Of a stretch of DNA of 64,000 bases, positions 58,031-64,000 are shown piece by piece. The translations under genes were made by a program, and so were the position numbers. The stretch covers positions 989-64,988 of the forward strand of contig CANBNK010000012.1 in assembly GCA_947371015.1 (NCBI GenBank), read 5' to 3'. Numbering within the stretch: the first letter of the stretch is position 1; each line of letters opens with the position of its first letter. The stretch comes from Acetobacteraceae bacterium. GTDB lineage: Bacteria; Pseudomonadota; Alphaproteobacteria; Acetobacterales; Acetobacteraceae. Under the pieces are notes generated by a model that ran no database searches, was not told the DNA's origin, and worked only from the letters and a program-made list of their open reading frames with translations.

Positions 58031-59021
58031 TGACCAGCTTGCCGAAGTTCTTGCCCTGCAGCAGGCCGATGAAGGCTTCCGGCGCGTTGCGCAGACCGTG
58101 GACGATGTCCTCGCGGAACTTCATCCGGCCCTCATTCATCCAGGCCACCATCTGCTGGCGGAAGCCGGGGTAGCGCGCCCAGCCATCCTTGTCGGAGACG
58201 ATGAAGCCCTGGATGCGCAGGCGCTTGACCAGCGCCAGGCGCAGGTTGGGGCCGGGGCGAGCCACCGTGTCGTTGTACTCGGCGATCAGGCCGCAGATGA
58301 TGACGCGGCCGAAGTCGTTCATCCGCGGCAGCACCGCCGCCTGCAAATCACCGCCGACGTTTTCCCAATAGACGTCGATGCCGTTCGGGCAAGCTTCCGC
58401 GAGTTGCGCCTTCAGGTCGCCGCGATGGTCGATGCAGGCGTCGAAGCCGAGTTCCTTGACCACGTAGTCGCACTTGTCCTTGCCGCCGGCCACGCCGACC
58501 ACGCGGCAGCCGCGAATCTTGGCGATCTGGCCGACCACCTGGCCGACCGCGCCGGACGCGGCGCCGACCACGACGGTCTCGCCCGGCTGCGGCTCGCCGA
58601 TATCCTCAAGCCCCTTCCAGGCGGTCAGGCCGGGCATGCCGAGCACGCCGAGGCTGGCCGAGAGCGGTGCCGAATCGCTGCCCATCTTGAACAGGGCGGC
58701 CGCGGGGCGGACCGAATAGCGCTGCCAGCCGAAGCCGCCGAGCACCTGGTCGCCGGGCTTGAAGGCGGGGGAGTTGCTGGCGACCACCTCGCCGGCGGTC
58801 TGCGCTTCCATCACGGCGCCGAGCTCGACCGGCTTGGAGTAGCTTTTGGAGTCGCTCATGCGGCCGCGCATGTAGGGGTCCAGCGACAGGAACTTCGCGC
58901 GGACCAGCACCTCGCCCGGGCCGGGCTGCGGCACCGGCGACTCCACGATGTCGAAATCCGCCGGCACCGGCGCGCCTTGCGGGCGGCGCTTCAGCAGGAT
59001 TTGCAGGTTGGCTTCGGCCAT
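58017..59021 (-). CDS. NADP-dependent oxidoreductase, medium-chain reductase family (YncB / alkenal-one reductase-like)
   Basis: ATG 59021 follows GGAGGA. Contains LSLDPYMRGRM and the cofactor motif GAASGAVGQVVGQIAK. Confidence 0.85.
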   Translation of the reverse strand: MAEANLQILLKRRPQGAPVPADFDIVESPVPQPGPGEVLVRAKFLSLDPYMRGRMSDSKSYSKPVELGAVMEAQTAGEVVASNSPAFKPGDQVLGGFGWQRYSVRPAAALFKMGSDSAPLSASLGVLGMPGLTAWKGLEDIGEPQPGETVVVGAASGAVGQVVGQIAKIRGCRVVGVAGGKDKCDYVVKELGFDACIDHRGDLKAQLAEACPNGIDVYWENVGGDLQAAVLPRMNDFGRVIICGLIAEYNDTVARPGPNLRLALVKRLRIQGFIVSDKDGWARYPGFRQQMVAWMNEGRMKFREDIVHGLRNAPEAFIGLLQGKNFGKLVIAVD

Positions 59022-59073
59022 GAGGGGTCCTCCCGTTCTGTCGCCCATGATGTAGGCGGCACCGGGCGGATTG

Positions 59074-60399
59074 TCAGGCCTTGGCGGCGGCCTTGCGGCG
59101 GGAGGTGCGGCGGGCAGGTGCTGCTTCCGGGGCAGGCGCGGCTTCCGGGGTTGGTGCCTCGGCTGCCTGGCCCAGCAGCCGGCGATACAGCGCCAGATGC
59201 GAGTCGGCCATGGCGGCGACGCTGCGCGGCGGGGCGATGCCCTTGCGCAGCCGATCCCACAGGCCCGGCGTCTCCACCGCGCTGCGCATCACCTCGGCCA
59301 GGCCCTGGGCGTCGTTGACCGGGGCATGCAGGCCGTCGATGCCGTCGCGCACCGTCTCGGCCATGCCGCCGATGCCGGAACAGATGGCGGGACGGCCGTG
59401 CTGGAAGGCTTCCAGCAGCACCAGCGGGGCGTTTTCCACCCAGATGCTGGGCATCACCACCCAATCCACCTGGGCCATCAGCCCCGGCAGGTCCGCGGAG
59501 TCGTACTGGCCGGTGTGGCGCGCGGCCGGGGCGGCGGCCAGGTCGGCGCGGAATCCGGCGATTAGCGCTTCCGGCTGGTAGGCGGTGCCGCCATGCAGGT
59601 GGATTCGGTGCTGCACGCCCTGGGTGGAGAGCTGGGCCGAGGCCTGCAACAACACCCGGGCGCCCTTGATGCGGTTGATGTGGCCGAAGAAGCCGAATCG
59701 GTCGCGCCGGCCGTCCGGGCTGGGGCGCAGCGGGGCGGCGGGCGATTCGAGGATGCCGTTGCGCATGACAGACAGGCGGTCGGCCGGCCAGCCGGCGGCG
59801 ATGAACTTTTCGCGGGCGAAATCGCCGGGCACCAGAATGGCGTCGGCGGTGCCCAGCGTGTCGCGCAGGGCCAGGTCGCGCATGACGAAATCGGCGCCGG
59901 GGCGGCCAGGGAAGCAGCGGCGGCAGCGGTCCAGGCTGGGGCCGGGGCAGAGCCGCTCATCCTCGGTCAGCAACTCGCCTTCGCGGGCACAGAGCGCGAA
60001 GTAGTCGTGCGCGGTGAACACCAGCTTGGCTTGTGGGGCGCAGCGGCGCAGCAGGTCCACCGTCTCCACCCCGAACAGCAGGGGGTGGTGGATGTGGATG
60101 ATGTCCGGCCGGGTCTGCTCGATCATCGGGGCCAGCGCGTCCAACCCGTGGGTGTCCAGCTGGTTCAGGAAGAACCGGTCGAAATGGCCAAGCCAGGCCA
60201 GCATTTCGTCGGGGTGTCCATTCACCGCCTGCAGCATGGCGCCGGGGTGGCGGTTGCGCAGTGGCGGCGAGACGGCGGCGAGGAAGATGCCCTCCACGCC
60301 ATGATGGTCGCGCAACTGGCGGAACAGGGTGCGGGCCACCACCTCGGTGCCGCCCGGCTGCAGCGCCGGGTGGTTGTGGCTGATCATCAGCAGGCGCAT
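59074..60399 (-). CDS. glycosyltransferase family 4 (GT-B, GT1/GT4-type)
   Basis: MRLLMISHNHPALQPGGTE and the C-terminal E..P.....EA...G.P motif region (ENAPLVLLEAFQHGRPAICSGIGGMAE). The start overlaps the GT2 gene stop by 1 nt. Confidence 0.8.
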   Translation of the reverse strand: MRLLMISHNHPALQPGGTEVVARTLFRQLRDHHGVEGIFLAAVSPPLRNRHPGAMLQAVNGHPDEMLAWLGHFDRFFLNQLDTHGLDALAPMIEQTRPDIIHIHHPLLFGVETVDLLRRCAPQAKLVFTAHDYFALCAREGELLTEDERLCPGPSLDRCRRCFPGRPGADFVMRDLALRDTLGTADAILVPGDFAREKFIAAGWPADRLSVMRNGILESPAAPLRPSPDGRRDRFGFFGHINRIKGARVLLQASAQLSTQGVQHRIHLHGGTAYQPEALIAGFRADLAAAPAARHTGQYDSADLPGLMAQVDWVVMPSIWVENAPLVLLEAFQHGRPAICSGIGGMAETVRDGIDGLHAPVNDAQGLAEVMRSAVETPGLWDRLRKGIAPPRSVAAMADSHLALYRRLLGQAAEAPTPEAAPAPEAAPARRTSRRKAAAKA

Positions 60400-62510
60400 C
60401 AGCCGGCGCTCCCCGTGCGGGCGGGGCTGGGCGGCACGGCGTGGAATTCCGGCCGGGCCATCAGCCGCTCGATCGCCTGGTCCCAGCGGGACTGGTGCAG
60501 GCGGCGGTTATAGGCGGTGGCCAGGTTGCGGTCGTGCACGGCGTGCTCGCGGATGGACTGGCGTTCGAAGTGGTAAAGCTCGGCGCGCGGTTCGTAGCCG
60601 ATCTCGCCGCCCTGGGCGCGCAGCTTCAGGCAGAGGTCCGAGTCCTCGTAGTCGCCGATGACGTAGCTGGTGGTGAAGCCGTCCACCTGCTCGAACCGGG
60701 CGCGGTCCAGCAGCATGGCGGCACCGGTGATGCCGGGCACGCGGCGCGGCTGGTCCAGCGCCGGGAAGTGGCGCGGGGCGCCCTTGAGGTAATGGTTGTT
60801 GAACCATTCCTGCAACGGGCCATTGCGTTCGAAGTACAGCCCGGCGTGCTGCACCGACTGGTCTTCGGTCAGCAGCTTCGGCCCCACGGCGAACATCGCC
60901 GGGTCGGCTTCCAGCGCGGCGACCATGGTGGGCAGCCAGCCGCGCTCGGCCGGGATGACGTCGGAGTTCAGCATCAGCAGCTTGGGCGCCCGGGCTTCGG
61001 CCGCGCCGGCATTGCAGGCACTGGCGAAGCCGTAATTCCCCGCCTGCACCACCAGCGTGACCGGCATGCGGTACAGCGCATGCAAGGACCGCAGGAGGTG
61101 CTCGGCTTCCGGGCGCTGCTCCGGGCTGTCCAGCACATAGATCAGCTCGGCCTCGCGCATCGCTGGGTCGCGGGCGAAGTGGCCCAGCTGGAAGCGGATG
61201 AAGCGCAGGTTGCGATACAGTGGCACCACCACGGAAACCGCGGGGTTGGCGATGGGCTTGCCGAGGTGAAGCACCTCCGGGGGCTGGCGCCCGGCCAGGA
61301 AGGCGGCCTGGATGCGGCCGAGCGCCGGCATGAAGGCGTCGTCCAGCATCGGCGCGGTCAGCGCGTTCAGCGGCAGCGCAGTCAGCAGCGCGTCCCGGGC
61401 CTGGTGCGGCGGCAGCATGCCGGGCGGTGAGATCGGCTCCACCACCTCGCCATTGGTCAGGCGCAGCCGCAGCATCCATTGGGATTGCGGCATCTGGTTG
61501 GCCTTGGGCAGCCAGGCGACGAAGCCGGTCAGGCTGCCGCCCGGGCCGTGCGGCGCCTGGGCGAAAGCCTTGGTCAGGTCTGGCCGGGCGTAGCGGTGGC
61601 GCTGCTCGGCCGGCAGCGCTTCCTCCACGAAGGCAGAGAGCAGGCTGGCGTCCTCGATCAGGCCCAGCGGGTCGCGCAGCCAGCCGCGCAGGAACAGGCC
61701 GCCGCCATGGTCGTCCACCGCCAGTTCCAGCGCGCCGCCCACCGGGCGTTGCGGGTCGGCGAAGACGCGGTTGGGTTGGGCCAGCGCCAGGCTGGCATGG
61801 GCGCGCAACCAGGCGCGGGCGCGCGGTTCGCTGCCGGAAGCCTGGGCCAGTTCGGCCATGCCGGCCTGCAGCAGCGCCGGCTGGGCCTGGGCCAGGGGCG
61901 GGGTGGACCTGTCCGGCGCGGCCAGGGTCCAGATGGTGGTGCCCAGGCTGTCCAGCAGGAAGCCGCCGGCGCAGTCCCGGTCCAGCAGCAGGGCGCGGCG
62001 CGACCGCGACAGGCGCATCACCAGCCGGTCCGGCAGCACCAGGTAGCTCGGCGCGGCGGAGAGGCCGGCCGGCGGCGACCAGAGCGCCAGACCTGTGCCG
62101 CAGGTGGCCAGGGGCGCCAGGGCCGGCGCCAGGCTCGGCGCCATGACCGCGGCGGCGGTCAGCAGCCGATGGCAACTGGCGGCCAATTCCTGGTCTTCCC
62201 GGGCGCGCAGGGTGCCCAGCGCGGCGCGGGCGATGTGCATGACCAGGCCGAAGGCGGCTTCCGGGGTCAGCGGGTCGAGCAACTCGCCCAGGGTGGTGGC
62301 CTCGGCCAGGTCGAATTCGGCGGCGGGGCGCATGCCCTGCACCAGCGCCATGGGCCGGCCGGACGCCAGGGCGGGGTGGCTGCGGGCCAGCAGCATCATG
62401 GTGTTGCCGGCTTCGGGTGGCAGTTGGTTCAGCACCAGCGGTGCCGGCACCGGGCCGGCCGCGCCCATGGGCTTCAGCCCGGCTATCGGCAAGGGGTGCG
62501 GCAGCGCCAT
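60399..62510 (-). CDS. glycosyltransferase family 2 with a ~400-aa N-terminal extension of unknown function
   Basis: The C-terminal ~300 aa hold a GT-A fold: VSVVVPLYRN, LNSDV (DxD-like), GAAMLLDR and YEDSDLCLKLR. The ORF is open to GTG 62681, but GC3 is low before about 62625, so the start is uncertain (candidates TTG 62609, ATG 62510). Confidence 0.75.
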   Translation of the reverse strand: MALPHPLPIAGLKPMGAAGPVPAPLVLNQLPPEAGNTMMLLARSHPALASGRPMALVQGMRPAAEFDLAEATTLGELLDPLTPEAAFGLVMHIARAALGTLRAREDQELAASCHRLLTAAAVMAPSLAPALAPLATCGTGLALWSPPAGLSAAPSYLVLPDRLVMRLSRSRRALLLDRDCAGGFLLDSLGTTIWTLAAPDRSTPPLAQAQPALLQAGMAELAQASGSEPRARAWLRAHASLALAQPNRVFADPQRPVGGALELAVDDHGGGLFLRGWLRDPLGLIEDASLLSAFVEEALPAEQRHRYARPDLTKAFAQAPHGPGGSLTGFVAWLPKANQMPQSQWMLRLRLTNGEVVEPISPPGMLPPHQARDALLTALPLNALTAPMLDDAFMPALGRIQAAFLAGRQPPEVLHLGKPIANPAVSVVVPLYRNLRFIRFQLGHFARDPAMREAELIYVLDSPEQRPEAEHLLRSLHALYRMPVTLVVQAGNYGFASACNAGAAEARAPKLLMLNSDVIPAERGWLPTMVAALEADPAMFAVGPKLLTEDQSVQHAGLYFERNGPLQEWFNNHYLKGAPRHFPALDQPRRVPGITGAAMLLDRARFEQVDGFTTSYVIGDYEDSDLCLKLRAQGGEIGYEPRAELYHFERQSIREHAVHDRNLATAYNRRLHQSRWDQAIERLMARPEFHAVPPSPARTGSAG

Positions 62511-62812
62511 GGTGACCAGCACCACGCGCGGCGAGAGCGGGAAAAGGGCCGCTGGGGGCCGTGTGACGACGGCAGCGGCGTGCGGTTGCGTGTCCAGCGT
62601 CAACTCCAAGCCCTGGGGGGCAGCGCTGCCCCGATAGTTGCGGCTACACCAAACAGGGTAACAGCGGCATCGCCTTAGCACGGTTTTGGCGAAACCGGGT
62701 TAACGGCCCGGCAGCATGGCCAGCGGGAGGCACCTGTCGGGCAGGCCGTGGCGCGGATAATAAAAAGCCCTCCGCGCCGTTGCCGGCGGGAGGGCTTTCG
62801 GGGTCAACCGCT

Positions 62813-63838
62813 TCAGTTGAAGTGGATGAATTCCAGGCCGTGGTTCTGCAGGTCACTCAGGGTCAGGCCCTGGATCGAGACCGTGACGTTGCCCAGCTCG
62901 ATCTGCAGGATGCCGCTGTCGTCAACCGAGGCGTTGGCGACGATCGTCGCCAGGTTCGCCGCGGCGTTGGCACCCAAGGTGACGCCGCCGCCGTAGGCGC
63001 CCGTGGCGAACTGCAGGCTGTCGCCCTGGCCCATCTTGAAGTCGGTGATGACGTTGCTGCCAGACGTTTGATCGAACCAGAAGGTGTCCGTGCCGGCGCC
63101 GCCGGACATGGTGTCACCGCCCCCGGCGAAGAAGGTATCGTTGCCAGCACCACCATTGAACTTGGAGTTGACACCCGCGAAGGTGTCGTCGCCCTTTCCG
63201 CCACCGAGCTTGGCGTTGAAGCCGGTCAGGAAGTCGTTGCCGTCGCCGCCGTTGGCCGAGCCGTTGCTGACATTGATGGCCTCGCTACCCGTGCCGCCGC
63301 CAACCACGTCGCCGCTGCCGGCAGCGTTGATGGTGGACGAGCCCGTCCCACCGGCGACGAAGTTCTCGTTGCCCGAGGTGGAGACCGTATCCGAACCACC
63401 ACCGGAGCGGATGATGTTGTTATCGCCCTGGACGACAATCTCGTCGTTGCCGGAACCACCGGAGATCGTATTGTCCTGGCTATTGGTCAGGCCGATATCG
63501 TTGTTGCCGCTGCCGGCATTGATAGTGCCGCCGACCACGCCATCGCCACCGATGGTGTCATCGCCGGAGCCACCATCAACGGTGCTGCCCGAGGAGCCCG
63601 ACATGCCGATCTGGTCGCTGCCAGCGCCGCCGCTGACGCTGCTGTTGTCACCGCCGGCATAAATGCTGTCGTTACCGGTGCCGGCCAGGATGGTGTCGTC
63701 GTTACCTTCCGAGACGATCTGGTGATCGCCGCCGCTGCCGCTGAAATCGGCCTCGTTACTGCCACCGGCGCCCAGATCGAAGCCGATCTCGCTCTCGGTA
63801 CCTTCGTGGGATTCGTGCGAACCGCTCAGTGTCGCCAT
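62813..63838 (-). CDS. RTX-type (haemolysin-type calcium-binding repeat) secreted protein
   Basis: 341 aa, Gly/Asp/Ser/Asn-rich, with many GGxGxDxx-like nonapeptides (GTGNDSIYAGG, GGSGDDTIGG, GGSGNDEIV, GGDGNDFLTG, GGAGNDTFFAGGGDTMSGGAGTDTFWF). No N-terminal signal peptide, which fits a type I secretion substrate. Confidence 0.85.
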   Translation of the reverse strand: MATLSGSHESHEGTESEIGFDLGAGGSNEADFSGSGGDHQIVSEGNDDTILAGTGNDSIYAGGDNSSVSGGAGSDQIGMSGSSGSTVDGGSGDDTIGGDGVVGGTINAGSGNNDIGLTNSQDNTISGGSGNDEIVVQGDNNIIRSGGGSDTVSTSGNENFVAGGTGSSTINAAGSGDVVGGGTGSEAINVSNGSANGGDGNDFLTGFNAKLGGGKGDDTFAGVNSKFNGGAGNDTFFAGGGDTMSGGAGTDTFWFDQTSGSNVITDFKMGQGDSLQFATGAYGGGVTLGANAAANLATIVANASVDDSGILQIELGNVTVSIQGLTLSDLQNHGLEFIHFN

Positions 63839-64000
63839 CGGGGGAACTCCTCGGGCCAGGAACTAGGTCTCTGGTGTTGACGTTCGTTTAACCTTTGGTT
63901 GAAGGACGGTCAACGCAAACGCCTGCTCGGTGACAAGTCATTACACTCGGCCGGCGGGGTGTAAGCCTTGCTGCGCCTGGGCTTCGCCGCAGCAGAGTAC

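Noticed and set aside
63886-63913. A possible sigma-70 promoter for the RTX gene on the minus strand (TTGACC, 16 nt, TTAAAC).
   Set aside because: The -10 matches the consensus at only 3 of 6 positions. I do not consider it supportable as a feature without transcript data.

Overview
This is a roughly 70% G+C proteobacterial chromosome segment. The REP-like GTCATGGCCGGGCTTGTCCCGGCCATC hairpins, the xseB-ispA-dxs-tlyA synteny, a GreB with an acidic N-terminal tail and many orphan Bug/TctC binding proteins suggest an alphaproteobacterium, possibly Rhodospirillales or Acetobacteraceae; this is inference only. I support about 61 protein-coding genes and saw no rRNA, tRNA or CRISPR array by eye.

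Gene content, in order:
- Transporters and peptidases at the left edge.
- A homogentisate operon (hmgA-fahA plus an Ldh_2 gene).
- Seven orphan Bug/TctC solute-binding proteins scattered among catabolic genes.
- A beta-oxidation-like set: SDR, thiolase, acyl-CoA synthetase, acyl-CoA dehydrogenase and a family III CoA-transferase.
- Two ThDP enzymes.
- Three tandem small two-cysteine paralogs.
- A translationally coupled cluster of carbamoylase, hydantoinase A and B, and D-aminoacylase.
- A housekeeping block: xseB-ispA-dxs-tlyA, aroC, fabI, pdxH.
- An operon encoding an RTX-type calcium-binding protein, a GT2 and a GT4 glycosyltransferase at the right edge.

The main anomaly is a sharply bounded AT-rich islet of about 1.5 kb at roughly 40456-42000. 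Hand counts of 60-nt lines gave 38-40% G+C inside the islet against 73% in the flank. It carries a tightly linked pair: a SAM-methyltransferase-like gene and an AlkB-type Fe(II)/2OG dioxygenase gene. A high-GC DUF4096 gene (IS5-family OrfA-like) lies immediately downstream. I propose this pair as a candidate undescribed methylation/demethylation module.

Many long Ala/Arg/Pro-rich ORFs in the track are GC-driven shadow ORFs and were rejected.
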